The notes: a model not told the origin generated them from the sequence alone. DNA of 64,000 nucleotides from Antedon mediterranea (GCF_964355755.1 NC_092676.1:22772871-22836870); one strand, 5' to 3'. Positions 1 to 13,968 are shown, counted from the stretch's first letter. A program made the numbers and translations.

Positions 1-442
1 GTATAGATTGTGGTGTGTGTTACAGTAAGTTAAGTACAGTATGTATACAGTCAAAGAATATATATCACATTCTTTGATACAGTACAGTCAAAGAATTATA
101 TTCAGTACTGTACAGTGTTTAGTACTCCCCCCCCGTGCCATGCATGGTTGGTTCGATGGTCACATGTGTGATCGAAACCTTACATGCGCCCTCTATCTTT
201 CATGCTGCTTGCTGCTGCTGCAGCACCAGCAGCATTAAAAATATACTCAAAGATAGTGTAGTACTATACTGTATTGTGGCAGAAGCAGTCACTCTGCTGC
301 TGCTACGTGATTCCCCCGCCATTTTGATGTTGCTAATGAGTAATTGAGAGAGAGGTAAACTAATAAATACTACTAGGCCTAGCCTAGTAAGTAGATAGTA
401 CTGCAGCTAGCCTACCTACTAGCTAGGCCGGATTAGTTAGGC

Positions 443-2412
443 GGTCACAGTGCATATCGGCCGCGGGTTATGGAACGCCTAAAATCATGAAACGCCAAAA
501 AGGACAAAATATGTATTGTTCATTTCGGCCGCCAATCGTCAATATTGTTAATGTATGGCACGCCTCAATTATAAAAAATGGTGTATACATGTGCCTATCG
601 CCTGAATAGACGTGCGTATTCAAACAGCAAGCAGCAATCAACAAAAACGATCATACTTTTTGATTTGTATAGAGTTGCGCTATTTTACTGTCATTCGGCG
701 GCTTCTTCCTGACTGAAATATTATATCAGGCATATAATAATTTACCTCCAGTTATATGTACTGTAATTAATATATTATATAGAGAATATACGTCTGTCCT
801 TTATTATGCAAACAATTACGTAAAAGAGAACAATTTATTTAAAAACAATCCATTGTTATACTTATGCATACTGTGGCAGATTATATCATGTCGTTAACAA
901 CATACTATTCGATCACATAATTTTTATTTTTTTATTTTATTTACATACTTTATGTAGGATAATATTATTAAGTGTACAATAATAATTGTTGAGACAAGTC
1001 ACGTGTATACTTTTATTTCTAATGTTTAAAATAGTTGTTAGTAAAAATGATCATTATATGCGGATGGTTAAAAGGCGAGTTACTGAAATAAACCCCCAAA
1101 TAAGCCATATTGGGGGAGATGCGCCTTCTATGATCGTGCAGCTGTTTCCTCTAACAATGCGTTATTTTGCTGACGGGGTTTCCCCTTTTTAAAAAGCACG
1201 CACCTTGTTAGTATGTCAAATCATGGACAAAACACGTACGATCGTTGTCCATGGCCAGGTAAAGATGACGTCTATTACTAATAACCATACTTTTAAAACG
1301 TCTATAGGCCTCCTGCACGTGTTTTTGTGAAACGATGTATATAATTTACGTATACTGTACGTCGATACTATAGATTTTAATTTGAAAAATATCTTTAATT
1401 TCTTTATTTACAATAATCATTTAATGTAAATAATTAAGTAAGTAGTCTCACATAACATCCATACGACGTTCGTAAATCTAAATGTTTAAATATCAGTACC
1501 TCTTTGAGAATCGTGTCCACCTTTATTATCCATACATTATTCTCACATCTATCATTGTACATCATAGACATACTGTAGGGCTGGTAGATTGATTTATAAC
1601 TGAATATTATCTATGATATTTTATTATTATCCTAAACCATGCTCACGTCAGAGTGGCAGATATCGAATGCAAAAATCATCATCATGCATCAAATTCCTTT
1701 ATTGCATAAACCTCATTGAGCTGGTATCCACTTGCAGGTATAGAACGAGTTTCGTAATTAACTGTGATTAAAAAATACGCAATAGGCGCGTCTACTTGTT
1801 TAACTATTAAATTATTATTTATTTTCAAAACCTTAAACAACGGCATGCTAAAAGAACACATTACAATTCATTAAAACCTGTAAGATAAAATGGAAACACA
1901 AATTATTTATAAATAATGAGATAAATATTAATATTTACTGTACTTAAAAAATAACGATCGAGGTTTAAAAAAATGTCAAACAGTATTATTAGAAATTCCA
2001 ATATTCACAATTAACTAAAAACATAATGACCGTTTTCATTAAAAATGTATCTAATGCGCCATATACAAATTAGCGCGACCAAAATAAAACGCGACCGATA
2101 TCAAACGTAACTAATAGGATAAAAAGCGTATCTAGCGGCGCTCCATACAAAATACCGGATGTTTATTTTATCGCGACCGATTTCAAACGCGATCGATTTC
2201 AAGCGCGACCGATTTCATCTGACACCATTTACACACGTCTATTCAGGCGATAGGCACATGTATACACCCTTTTTGACAAGTAAGTAAGTAACAATACGTT
2301 ATTAACAATATTGACGATTCTAGCGGCCGAAATGAACAATACATATTTTGTCTTTTTTGGCGTTTCATGATTTTGGGCGTTCCATAACCGGCGGCCGAAA
2401 TGATCAGACACC
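443..2412. mobile_element. Non-autonomous TIR DNA transposon with 8-bp TSD (Mutator/Merlin-like, GG...CC ends)
   Basis: ~160-bp inverted repeats at 457-618 and 2230-2398; GGT...ACC termini; direct repeat AGTTAGGC at 435-442 and 2413-2420; ~15-bp repeats (GCGACCGATTTCAAAC) at ~2075-2226. No ORF. Confidence 0.7.
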
Positions 2413-2648
2413 AGTTAGGCTAGGCTTAGTAGGCTAAGTTGAGCCGCCGCCAGAAAAACGTTATTTTCTATGAAACGCCAATTGCGCGCTATCGGCGGTG
2501 CTGCTCGTTGTTTATATTATAATTTACGACGTAACAAGTTTAATAGTGATGTTCAACACATTTATAAGAGTGAAATGAAAGTACTGTATGTAGAGTAGCC
2601 TACCTAGCTAGGTCTATCTAGCTAGTAGGCCCTAATTGTTAAAATTAA

Positions 2649-3279
2649 AGACCCCTTCCCTGCAATTTTGGACGTTTTTTGGAAAATAATACATATATAT
2701 CACTTTAAAAACATTAAACCATGTCATTCCTTGTCTTAAATGTACGTTTTATGGTAAATTATGATAAAAAGTGAGAAACAATGCACTACCTAAGTAGCTC
2801 GCGGCGATCGACCTCTCGTGGACGGTCTTACTTAGGCCTAGCCTAGCTAGGCTTAGTTTTGTAGGCCTAGCTGGTAAACATCGGTAACGTACGAACATCG
2901 TACGCTAGCTATATACCTAGCCTGACGTTGTATAGTTGCTGCATTAATTGTCTTTCTATTTTTGCCAGACTCCGTTGATACAAATTGGGGAAAACCCGGT
3001 ATTTTCGCTGAAAAGTTAGGAGTCTTCCATTTGTTTTGGCCTCACGATCGATCGAAAAGTGGGCGAATTACAGGTGAAAAACAAAAATATCAATCCGCGT
3101 GCAATGCATTTTTGGGATTTATAGCGGGCCGCTATAATTATTAGAATCGACTTATTTTTCACATTTTTAACCGTTTAAAGACGAAAAAAGTTATCGCAAT
3201 AGGACCATATAGTATTATTTTTACATTAAATATAGTTTGTGATCTTAAATTAGATCTAAAAAACGTAGGGAAGGGGGCT
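2649..3279. mobile_element. Non-autonomous Kolobok-like element
   Basis: TIRs AGACCCCTTCCCTGC / GTAGGGAAGGGGGCT, flanked by TTAA on both sides (2645-2648, 3280-3283); purine-purine termini with a TTAA target fit Kolobok. Confidence 0.7.
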
Positions 3280-3437
3280 TTAAATATTCTTTACCTTGTG
3301 TCATTAAAATACTAATGTTTGTCGCATAAATTTTGAAAAATCCCTATCCCTAAATTAAAATAACAGGATTAACAATCGTGATTGTTTCATTATATTTATA
3401 TTAAATTAAATTTATTCTGTAAATAAATAAGATATAA

Positions 3438-4382
3438 TTAATAATACGCCGTGGCTAAAGATACGGGACCATATCCTAACTTCCGTTTACTAAAGGTACG
3501 GTAAAATTGCATTACGTCATAATCAGCTGGTACGTGTGCGACGTCATCGTATAAGGACTTTGGATTTTTTTCACATCGCGTCTGTAGAGAATGCCTATCG
3601 GCGACGCCAGACTGTATGGATGTGTGCGCTGATGATTTCTATGACTCAGCCTCGGGGCTAGACCTAGTAATGTTGAATCCAGAATCGTCGATGCTGTAGT
3701 AATAGAGCAAGATCATGGGTTGGTCGACGTTACATAAAGCGTTTAAATCATGCTCTCAATCTCAAATATTATTTCATTATACAACATTAAACACTACACT
3801 ACAGTAGAAATATGTTGATAGCCAAATTAGAAGTAAAGGAATTATAATTTAATGTATTGTTGGAAATTGTGTTGCGTCTAGTTCATTCGTCCATAGGCCT
3901 ATAGTTACTATGAGGGTTTTATTTTGATTTCAAATAGCCTATTTTGGAAGCCTATATTTTTTAATGAACTTTGTTTACAGATGGTGACCATAAACAAAAA
4001 GCAAATGCGGACAATAAAGGGGCCCTCAAATACTATGATTTAGACAATAGGCCTAGCCCTAGGTCTTAGTCACAGAAATCAGCGCACACATGCAGCTGGC
4101 CCCAGCCTGGCAAACAAACTCAATATACCGAGGCTATAGCATGGTTATAGTACGACGTAGTAGTAGGCCTCTTTTGAAACGGTAAATTTCTGTATTCTAT
4201 GTTAAGCCACCGGTTGATCACTGTTTTCGCGATATGAAAAAAATCCCAAATCCTTATACGATGACTTCACACACGTACCAGCACCCTATTGGCTGACTAT
4301 GACGGAATGTAATTTTACCGTACCTTTAGCAAACGGAAGTTAGGATACGGTACCGTATCTTTATCCACGGCGTTAATATTAA
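3438..4382. mobile_element. Palindromic non-autonomous DNA element with TTAA-type ends (superfamily uncertain, possibly Crypton-like)
   Basis: Inverted repeats 3446-3580 / 4228-4373 (ACGCCGTGG...CCACGGCGT) and an inner pair 3621-3646 / 4068-4090; no ORF. Confidence 0.65.
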
Positions 4383-4871
4383 CTAGCCTAGAACCTAGAT
4401 AGCTAGGGTAGGAAAAAAATGACTACTTACTAGGCCTAGATTTAAATTTTACAGTGTGAATGTGTTCTGGCTATTGGCAAAAATGTGAACTCTGTCTGCA
4501 CTGCAGTGTGTGTAGAAACCATGATATTTCGTTTTTTTCACACATTTAAGTTACCTGTCAAAAAAAGTAAAGTATTTTTGATAAATAAAAAAGGTGTATA
4601 CTGTATTATTACAAAATATAAAATGTTTTAATGAAAGTAGGCCTACCTTCTTTTTGCCAATCATGGTTATTAAAATTCATTATCAAAGACCCATATAGAC
4701 AACACACTTGTAATTAGGGTTAGTCTTTTATTTTCATATAGATCATATATGTTTTATACAGGACTCTTTGTTGGCAGTCTGATTTAACAAGACATTAAAA
4801 AAATATTTTTTTAAACATTTTTATTTCAGTATTTTGTTAATAAAAAGAAGAATGATTTAAAAAAATCAAAC

Positions 4872-6617
4872 ATGAAATATAAGTGCGAGCACTGTGAAGA
4901 TCAATTTGAGTTAGACGAGCTGAAGCTACATTTAGAGAAGCACATGCAAACTAAAGAGTTAAAATGTGAACAATGTGAAGAAATCTTTTACAAACAGGAT
5001 GACTATGAACAACACTGCCAAATACATAATCAACATGTGAAAATAGTTTTACCTGTAGACTTATCTACAGAAGAGATAGCTGTAGTGCCTGTACAATATG
5101 AATGTGAATATTGTGGGAAGAAATGTAAACAAAAGGAGGATTTAAAAAGACATTTAAGAATACACACAGGAGAGACACCATATGAATGCGAACATTGTGG
5201 GAAGAAGTGTAAGCAGAAAGAGGATTTAAAAAGACATTTAAGAATACACACAGGAGAGACACCATATGAATGCGAATTTTGTGGGAAGAAATTCAAACAA
5301 AATTCGAGTTTGAAAAAACATTTGAAAATACACTCAGGAGAGAGACAATATACATGTATTTGTGAACATTGTGGAAAGGAATTTGAGTACAGATCTGATT
5401 TGACAGCACATTTGAGAATACACACAGGGGAGATGCCATATGGATGTGAACATTGTGGGAAAAAATTTAAAAGTAATTCACACTTGAAATCACATATGGT
5501 AGTGCACACATATGAGACACCATATGAATGTGAACATTGTGGAAAAAAATTTAAACGTGGTTTGAGTTTAAAAATTCATTCAAGAATACACACAGGAGAA
5601 ACACCTTTTGAGTGTGAACTTTGTGGGAAGAAGTTCAAACATAGTTCGCATAGGAAATCACATTTGAAAACACACACCGGAGAAATGCCATATCAATGTG
5701 AACATTGTGGGAAACGATTTAAACATAATACAAATTTGAAATCACATTTGATATCACATTTGATAGTACAAACAGGAGAAACACCATATGAATGTGAAAA
5801 TTGTGGGAAGAAATATAATAATAGTAGATCTTTGAAAATACATATGAGATTACACACAGGAGAGACGCCATACCAATGTGAACATTGTGGGAAACAATTT
5901 AATCAATGTGGAAATTTAAAAAAACATTTAAGAATACACACAGGAGAAACACCATATGAATGCGAGTATTGTGGAAAGAAATTTAAGCAAAGTTCACAGG
6001 TAAAAAGACATTTGAGAATACACACAGGAGAGAGACCGCATGAATGTGAATATTGTTTGAAAAAGTTTAAAGAAAGTCGGCAATTGAAAAGACATTTAAA
6101 AAGACATACAGGAGAGACACCATATGAATGTGAATATTGTGGAAAGAAGTTTCATAACAGTATAGATTTAAAAAAACATTTGGAAAATCATGCAGGAGAG
6201 ACACCCTATGAATGTGAACATTGTAGGAAGAACTTTAAACGAAGTGGAGATTTAAAAATACATCTGCGAATACACACTGGAGAGACAGCATACGAATGTG
6301 AACATTGTAGGAAGAACTTTAAACGAAGTGGAGATTTAAAAACACATCTACGAATACACACTGGAGAGACACCATACGAATGTGAACATTGTGTCAAGAA
6401 ATTTAAGCAAAAATCTCAATTGAACAAGCATTTGAGAGTACACACAGGAGAAAGACCATACGAATGTGAACAATGTGGGAAGAAATTTAAAAATAGTTCA
6501 CATTTGAAATCACATTGGAAAATACACACAAGAGATACACCTTATGAATGTGAAGATTGTGGAAAGAAATTTAAAAGTAATTCAAACTTGATATCACATG
6601 TGTTAACACACATGTGA
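4872..6617 (+). CDS. Tandem C2H2 zinc-finger protein, 581 aa, 20 fingers, single coding exon
   Basis: Uninterrupted ORF of CxxC-x12-H-x3-H repeats with HTGETPYEC linkers; splice acceptor TTTTTATTTCAG ending at 4829 just upstream of the ATG. Confidence 0.93.
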   Translation: MKYKCEHCEDQFELDELKLHLEKHMQTKELKCEQCEEIFYKQDDYEQHCQIHNQHVKIVLPVDLSTEEIAVVPVQYECEYCGKKCKQKEDLKRHLRIHTGETPYECEHCGKKCKQKEDLKRHLRIHTGETPYECEFCGKKFKQNSSLKKHLKIHSGERQYTCICEHCGKEFEYRSDLTAHLRIHTGEMPYGCEHCGKKFKSNSHLKSHMVVHTYETPYECEHCGKKFKRGLSLKIHSRIHTGETPFECELCGKKFKHSSHRKSHLKTHTGEMPYQCEHCGKRFKHNTNLKSHLISHLIVQTGETPYECENCGKKYNNSRSLKIHMRLHTGETPYQCEHCGKQFNQCGNLKKHLRIHTGETPYECEYCGKKFKQSSQVKRHLRIHTGERPHECEYCLKKFKESRQLKRHLKRHTGETPYECEYCGKKFHNSIDLKKHLENHAGETPYECEHCRKNFKRSGDLKIHLRIHTGETAYECEHCRKNFKRSGDLKTHLRIHTGETPYECEHCVKKFKQKSQLNKHLRVHTGERPYECEQCGKKFKNSSHLKSHWKIHTRDTPYECEDCGKKFKSNSNLISHVLTHM

Positions 6618-7389
6618 GACTTGTTGTGTTTCTTAAATACATATTTCAAATTACCGGTAGGGTAATTTGGAATTGAGAATACTTCTGTACAAAAGTTTTG
6701 ATTGGTTAGTTTTGTATTATCTACCATGTATTACTTTACAGTATATCACAGCTAAAAGTATACTTGCCATTTCATTGGTTGATGCAGTAGCTTATAATCG
6801 TGTGCCATGCTATGTATTTTTTTTCATCCACCCTCACGATTATGATATGTTGCATGTTCAGCACCTTTTAAAGCAAATTTTGTGTAACACGCTAGACCGG
6901 TAAATGATGCACCAATTGAAAACCAACCTGTAGTATGCGCCATCTGCAACAAAATTCTCCTACATAAGATTTCTCCGTGAAAAAATATATATATATATTA
7001 TATTTGTGTGTGTCTTAATGCTGTTTGTGATTTAGGCTAATTTCACTACAAGCATGTGTATGCGAGTTTGGTGTAATGGTTATGTAACAAGCCTAAGTTT
7101 CAATTAACAATAGCTTCAGTTGACTAACAATAGAAGAAAAAATCAAACGAAGAATTTGAAAAGAAATAGGTTTTTTAAACTACTCGCATAAAAAAAGGTG
7201 CACATGAAATCAAATTATGTTTCAAAATTACAAATCACAAATTATAACTCTTGCCTCTTGTACAAAAATGAAGTTTTTTGGACAAGTACAGTAGTTCTCG
7301 AGAAAATGCAATTTCAGTTTACTTGTTACTTTAAGACTGCTCGCCGGCTTTGAAAAATTCTGTCCTATCTTTTAACACTAGCAGGTATA

Positions 7390-7578
7390 ATAAAAAGTGG
7401 TCCAGAATTGGGACCATGGTCCCAAATTGTTCCAAAATTTAATGGAATGGTCCTTGACCACATTACCAAAATAAATATACAGATGGGATCTTGTAATTAC
7501 TTACGGAGTAATCCTGCTAACAAACAAACAGACAAACAAACACACGCGATCGATTACATATATCTCCTTGGTGGAGTT
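7390..7578 (-). mobile_element. Helentron/DINE-1-like non-autonomous fragment
   Basis: CTCCTTGGTGGAG hairpin next to an (ACAA/ACAG)n microsatellite, the layout typical of Helentron-associated interspersed elements. Confidence 0.45.
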
Positions 7579-7875
7579 TTTTTTCATTTAATAATGAATT
7601 GTTTTTATTATTGAATGGAGATCTTTATATACCTGTAAATAATTGCAAAATAAAAAAATATCGCTATCAACATTTTGTTTGATGTGGTTTTTCTTAGCGA
7701 TAAATAGGATTTTATGAAAGCAGTTTGTAAATGAGAAAAAAGGTACAGTAATAAATAATTAGTTTAAAATACCGTTGCAACTTAGATTTAAAAAAAAACA
7801 CAAATGTTTGACAACATACAGCAATGATATCATTTAAACAAAGACAAAAACGTTTGATCTTGAACTTTAAACTGT

Positions 7876-8040
7876 ACCTCCGCCTAGGAGGTTAAATATC
7901 TGTGTGTGTGTTTCTGCTGCAGGAGAACGTCAAAACTAAAAAACGGATAGTTACAAAATTTGAACCACAGATAGATATGCGGTTTTCACTGCCGGAAGAC
8001 TTCATTCAATTTTGGAGGCAATCCGGACTAGTTCTGAACC
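7876..8040 (+). mobile_element. Helentron/DINE-1-like non-autonomous fragment
   Basis: TACCTCCGCCTAGGAGGT hairpin followed by a (TG)n/TCTG tract; same family as 7390-7578, opposite orientation. Confidence 0.45.
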
Positions 8041-8246
8041 GCTTTTGTTTTACTACTAATTTTAGGCCGTGCGTCAAAACTAAACTAAATGTTTTTTAAA
8101 CGAACTTAGAGGAAAAAATTCAACATACCTTGAATTTTCGACACTAAAACATTTTATAGTACTTCAACGTTTTAATATGAATATAATATTGTAGCTCGGT
8201 GGCCTTCGTTTACGTAGTTAATAGCTATTTTATCATCTTAAAATGG

Positions 8247-8348
8247 TTTAGTCGCGTGCAACGCGACTCTACAGCTCACTATGTTGGTCGGTTGGTCGGT
8301 AAACACTAACTTGAGCACGCTACTGCAGCCATGTATATGGCCTTGTTT
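8247..8348 (+). mobile_element. Short Helentron-like (HINE) element
   Basis: TTTAGTCGCGT-GCA-ACGCGACT hairpin, (GTTG/GTCG)n tract and GGCCTTGTT 3' end. Confidence 0.5.
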
Positions 8349-8823
8349 TGTCAAACTACTAGTTTGATAGTGTGCAGAGCTTAGTATAGTATATTAAAAT
8401 ATAACATTCCGCATGGGTAAGTGTTTCCTAATGCTTCAGTTCTCTTGAATATAACTGCTTAAAGGAGCGACGCGAAAAAGAAACATGGCATCTTGCATGA
8501 ATTATCATTACTATCATTTTGGTTCATATAATCATTATAGCTGCCAAGGAAAATGGAACGCAATATGCAGTTCGACCAATGACGTCCAAGTTATTTATCT
8601 TGCGCCGCGTAGCGGCGCTATACAATCTTTGTTTGCATAAAAAAGGTTTATCATGGCAACGATAGAACAACCGTTCTACGCCGGCGCGCCCCGCATAGAA
8701 GATAATGCACTTCGAACATGTGCACGCACGCACACGCGCTCAGAATTATCTATACAAGCAGCGCATCGAGAACCTAAAAATTGACAAGAGACAATTGACT
8801 CTCTACCAGTTGTTTTTTTTTTG

Positions 8824-9929
8824 TGCTTACACAAAACATTGTTGCTATAAGTAAACGTGAATTTGAATTCGAAACTTACTAAGACGACGATCAAGCATAT
8901 CATGGCAAACAAATCGATTATTCAACAAGACATCCTGATGAAAACGCATTCCCCTCCAAATAAAAGGTAAAAAGGGTCACTTTTTTAGGCCTCTAGGTCT
9001 GAATTTAAGTATAATAAGTGTAATTATAGAGTTGTTCATGGATACTTACATTTCGTTTCATTTCGATGTACAATATACAGTCAGTGCATTGAACCTAGAG
9101 CTCTATTGTTTCAATTTTTTTTTATATCCATGGTAGGGCTGGTTCTGGAGACGTACCGGTATATATTTCAAGATTCAAGATTCAAGAAATTTCATTTGTC
9201 CATAAAAATGGAAATTCACTTTGCTTGGTAGATTAAAACAACAATATTGCAACAATTTAAAAACGTGCAGTATTATAACAGATTAAAAATACAAGATAAA
9301 AAGTTAAAAATACTGTTAAAAATGTAAAACTATTAAAAATTGCATTAACGTCTTACATTAGAATTAAAAATATGAATGCTTACACAAAACATTGTTGCTA
9401 TAAGTAAACGTGAATTTGAATTCGAAACTTACTAAGACGACGATCAAGCATATCATGGCAAACAAATCGATTATTCAACAAGACATCCTGATGAAAACGC
9501 ATTCCCCTCCAAATAAAAGGTAAAAAGGGTCACTTTTTTAGGCCTCTAGGTCTGAATTTAAGTATAATAAGTGTAATTATAGAGTTGTTCATGGATACTT
9601 ACATTTCGTTTCATTTCGATGTACAATATACAGTCAGTGCATTGAACCTAGAGCTCTATTGTTTCAATTTTTTTTTATATCCATGGTAGGGCTGGTTCTG
9701 GAGTCGTACCGGTATATATTTCAAGATTCAAGATTCAAGAAATTTTATTTGTCCATAAAAATGGAAATTCACTTTGCTTGGTAGATTAAAACAACAATAT
9801 TGCAACAATTTAAAAACGTGCAGTATTATAACAGATTAAAAATACAAGATAAAAAGTTAAAAATACTGTTAAAAATGTAAAACTATTAAAAATTGCATTA
9901 ACGTCTTACATTAGAATTAAAAATATGAA
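8824..9929. repeat. 553-bp direct tandem duplication (two copies)
   Basis: 8824-9376 is repeated at 9377-9929 with only a few differences; TGCT occurs at 8824, 9377 and 9930. Confidence 0.92.
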
Positions 9930-11296
9930 TGCTATTTACAACGAAGGATTTTCTAGTTCTACAAAGATTTGCTCTTGGAGGTCGTAGCCTAATGCCTAAT
10001 GTAACGGATGAGTGGGGTCTTTCATAATATTGTTTACTTTTTTTAGAATACTCTTTTCATAGATAAATGAACAAGGCGTTAGATCAGCTTTAATAATACG
10101 TTGTGCAATTTTACGTGGTCTCAATATTTTTCTTATCATTTTCAGTAAAGTTACCATAAAAACATCCAATGCTAAAAGATAAAATACTTTGAATAATACT
10201 TTGATAAAATAGAATTAAAATAGTGTTATCAACTCTAATTTGCTTGAGTTTTCTGAGAAAGTAGAGCCTTTGAGATGCCTTCTTGGAAATCATGAGAGAC
10301 TTTGACTCCCATTTTAATTTGTTGTCAATTATAGTACCTAAGTATTTGTATTGGGTTACTCTTTCAACCTCGGTTTCTTTAATAGTTATTACATTATGTT
10401 CAACTGCGGTTTTACGAAAATCTATTATCATCTCTTTGGTTTTAGTAATATTAAGTATTAAGTTCATATCTTCACACCAATTAACAAATCTTCCAACTTC
10501 ATTAACAAATTCATTTACATTATGCTTACTATCGCAAAGAAAACCACTAATTACAGTATCGTCAGCGTATTTTACAATATTGCAATCTTTACTTAAAATA
10601 TTAAAACTACTAGAATAAAAAGAGAACAAAATTGGAGAGATAACACATCCTTGAGGAGCTCCAACACTGGTAGATTCTTTGTTGGATAGGATACCATTGC
10701 ACTTAACCATCTGCGGTCTATTAATCAAAAACCTATATATAACTTTGGCGAGCTGAGGTGAGACATTAAAACTTAATAATCTATCAATTAAAACATGTGG
10801 TAAAATAGTATTAAAAGCACTGGAGAAATCGAAAAATATAGACCGTACATAATTTCTTTTTGAATCAAGGTGATGATATGCATCATGGAGATAAGAATTA
10901 ACAGCATCGTCAACCCCTCTATTTTTCTTGTATGCAAATTGATTCTTATCTGCATTACCAATATTTTCCTTAAGTCTAGAAACAATCAACCTTTCTAAGC
11001 ATTTCATTAAATTTGAAGTAATTGCAATTGGTCTAAAATCTTTTGGTACACTAGGTTTAATAACTTTAGGCAATGGATTTATGATAGAAGTTTTCCATAT
11101 GCGTGGAACAGTACCATTTCTAAAAATAATATTAAAAATATGAGTAAAAATTGGACATAGTTGGATATTGCACACTTTTAAAATTCTGTTTGAAATCCCA
11201 TCTGGTCCAGTTGCCTTATTGACTTTTACACGTGCAAATTCTCTTAAGACCTCGTCTTCATTAACAAGAACATTATTATTATCATCATTACCAATA

Positions 11297-11329
<33 letters not shown>

Positions 11330-11437
11330 GATTCATTATCTTTAAGATTGTTAAGTTTCTCACTGGTAGCCAACATGTCTGTTTCATATTGACCATCATC
11401 AAATCTGCAGAAAATTTTGTTTAAGGAGTCCACAAAC
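9721..11437 (-). mobile_element. 5'-truncated LINE (Rex1/Babar-like)
   Basis: RT ORF at 10111-11433; frameshifted C-terminal remainder (..MKDPTHPL..) near 9950-10110; (TCTTGAA)n 3' tail at 9721-9740. Confidence 0.88.
10111..11433 (-). pseudogene. LINE reverse transcriptase, truncated
   Basis: Motifs KATGPDGI, DFRPIAIT, QFAYKKNRG, FFDFSSAFNTI, GAPQGCVISP, KYADD and RLYFLRKL; endonuclease domain missing; contains an (AAT)n poly-Asn tract. Confidence 0.88.
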
Positions 11438-11469
11438 TTTTTGTTTTATGCTTCGAAGTATAATATTAA

Positions 11470-12105
11470 TAAGTTCAATTTCCAGGACCTAGCAACTCTA
11501 TTTTTCAAAATGTTCTTAGCTCCACCCCAACCATGGTGGGCTGGACCTATAATTTCGTTTCATATTTCAATGTTTTTTTGCAGGGACCTAGCAGCTCTAT
11601 TTTTGACAATTTTCTTAGCTACCCAACCATCCATGGCCGGCGGGCTGGTTCTGTAGACTTAAATTTCGTTTCATTTATCAATATGGGCCTATATAAGTGC
11701 AATTTCCAGGTACCTAGCACGTCTATTTTTTACAATTTTCTTAGCAGCTCAACCCTAGGCCTAATGGTAGGGCTGGTCCTGGAGACTTGTATATTTTGTT
11801 TCTTCCTTTCGAAATACTATAATCCAATATCCGGGGACTATAACAACTCTAGTTGTTTAAATGTCCTTAGCTCAATCTCAACCTTGGTGGGCTTGTTCTC
11901 TGATAGACTTGTAATTTCGTTTTATATATCCGATAGTTGAAATTTCCGGGGACCTAGCAGCTCTATTTTTCAAAATGTTCTTACAGTTCAGACCATGGGT
12001 GTTAAGTCTCGCGCGGGTAGTTTTTACATTCGCTCTACCCACCCAACCATCCATGGCCGGCGGGCTGGTTCTGTAGACTTAAATTTCGTTTCATTTATCA
12101 ATATA
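11470..12105 (+). repeat. Degenerate ~100-130-bp minisatellite
   Basis: Recurring GGACCTAGCAGCTCTATTTT...CATGGTRGGCTGGTYCT unit in about five copies; a further unit lies at ~9093-9165 and ~9646-9720 on the other side of the LINE. Confidence 0.65.
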
Positions 12106-12900
12106 TGAGCTGTTAGATTAAGATTTTTTTTCTCTCTCTTTTGCTATGGATATAATATTATGTCAGCATGGGTGTTAAGTCTCGCGCGGGTAGTTTTACG
12201 TTCGCGTATATTTTCTTTGATAGGCATATTGAACTTTAAAAACTTCATTTTTAAATTTGAAAGAATGGATTTACACAGTCATCGCATTGGATCTCGTGCA
12301 ATGTGTTTTTCACTTAGTATTTTATTTATGTACCATACAAAATGGAAAAAGTTGGCTACCCTAAATCTGATTAAAACGGCCTCAAATTACGCTATAACGC
12401 GTTGCCCACCAGGGCCCTTGCCGCCCCCCTGGCCCCCAGTCAAGTGATGCTCGCTTAACTCGCATAGCCCCCCCGTCGGGGAATTTAGCCCCCGCGTCAG
12501 AAAGAAAAGTATTACACAGTATTTATAATAAAGTAAGTACACAAAATTGTGAAAACATCTTAACAAAATATACAATCAATAGAGTGCAACATTGATGTTA
12601 ACAACGCAACTTGACAGAATCGTTCGCTTTTAACTTTACGATTATGATCATAGCCTTAACATAGTTCTTATTAAATTTTAAGAAGGCAACCAGAACCCAG
12701 ATAGAAGTGCCTGTAAGAGTCATGGCCAGGTACCCGTGTAAGGAGCCCACGACAACGGAAAATATCCAAAGAAGACTTCATGACTCACGTACAGTAGAAT
12801 TGAATTCATTCCTGAAGATAAAATAATATTATTTCAAAAAGATTTGATTAAAACAATAATAGCCTAACCTCATTGATATTTGACTTACATTAACTCAGAT

Positions 12901-13968
12901 CAGGCCCGTAGCCAGGGGGGGTTTTTATGGTTCGGGCGAACCCCCCCCCCCCCTTTATAGCGAACCCCCCTTAACCGACTGCGAACCCCCATCCCCGACA
13001 TGCCCAATACCTCACCCTCATCTACGAAAATCGTCCAAATACGTGCCCCACAGTACAAAAAGTTGTTCGTAAATTAAAAAATTCGTAAACTCGTTCGGAA
13101 TAACTCAAACAGTACCTTCTTCCCTGTATGAGCGTACTTCGAGCGATATAGTCTGTAAAGAGTTGCAAATGAATTGCGGATTTTAACCTGAAAAATAAAT
13201 GTTTGGTCCCTGCATGTAACATGATATTGACGCGCCTCACCGCGAGCTGGGGGACGAACGATTCGTACAAAGGACACCGCCAGACAACTGCGTACCAATT
13301 GTTTAGATCACTTGTAGTCAGGCAGCATGCATAAAGTATATAGCCTTCCGACATACATCAGTATTTATGTGTGGCTATGAAGTATAATGTATCATAGAGG
13401 ATTATAGTGAATATTAATATTTTACACTATAATATCTATGGTATCATGTACTGTAGTTCACATTATGGCATCCGATTATTTTTTTCTAGACCACCAGCCG
13501 ATACGTACTCAATGTATCAATATCACCTATTTACATTGGCATATTTAATTTCCTCAACAAATTGCTGTAAATAAATATTATAGATAAAGCTATAATAAGA
13601 ATTGCATTTGCCTTCATCCAGTGTGCTTTTTTCGGGGCTTCTCCTAGACGTACGTTCGCATTGAACTTGAACGCAAAACAAAATATCGAGTAAATGATCA
13701 AACAATCGGCGGTTCCGCACAGAGCACGCGCATCTAACATACGGCAACAAATGTTATCGTTTAAATAGTCCACGAGTGCAAGTACGATCGTTTTGCTCAT
13801 TGGTAGCATGCTGCATGAGAGTGTCTTTTCCGGCCATCTAGGGGTGTCATTTAACAAAATTTGCTTGTCTCAGGCCCCACCCCAGGGGGGGGGGGGGGTA
13901 TGGGGGTGGGGGTGACCCAAATACTTAGTGTGCGAACCCCCCCTTGACAGATCCTGGCTACGGCCCTG
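12901..13968. mobile_element. Non-autonomous hAT-like element with 5-bp TSD
   Basis: TIRs CAGGCCCGTAGCCAGG / CCTGGCTACGGCCCTG; subterminal CGAACCCCCC motifs; CAGAT at 12896-12900 and 13969-13973. Confidence 0.75.

Noticed and set aside
5030-6727. Antisense ORFs over the zinc-finger genes (also 16106-16597 and 19873-20389)
   Set aside because: Typical shadow frames of C2H2 repeats.
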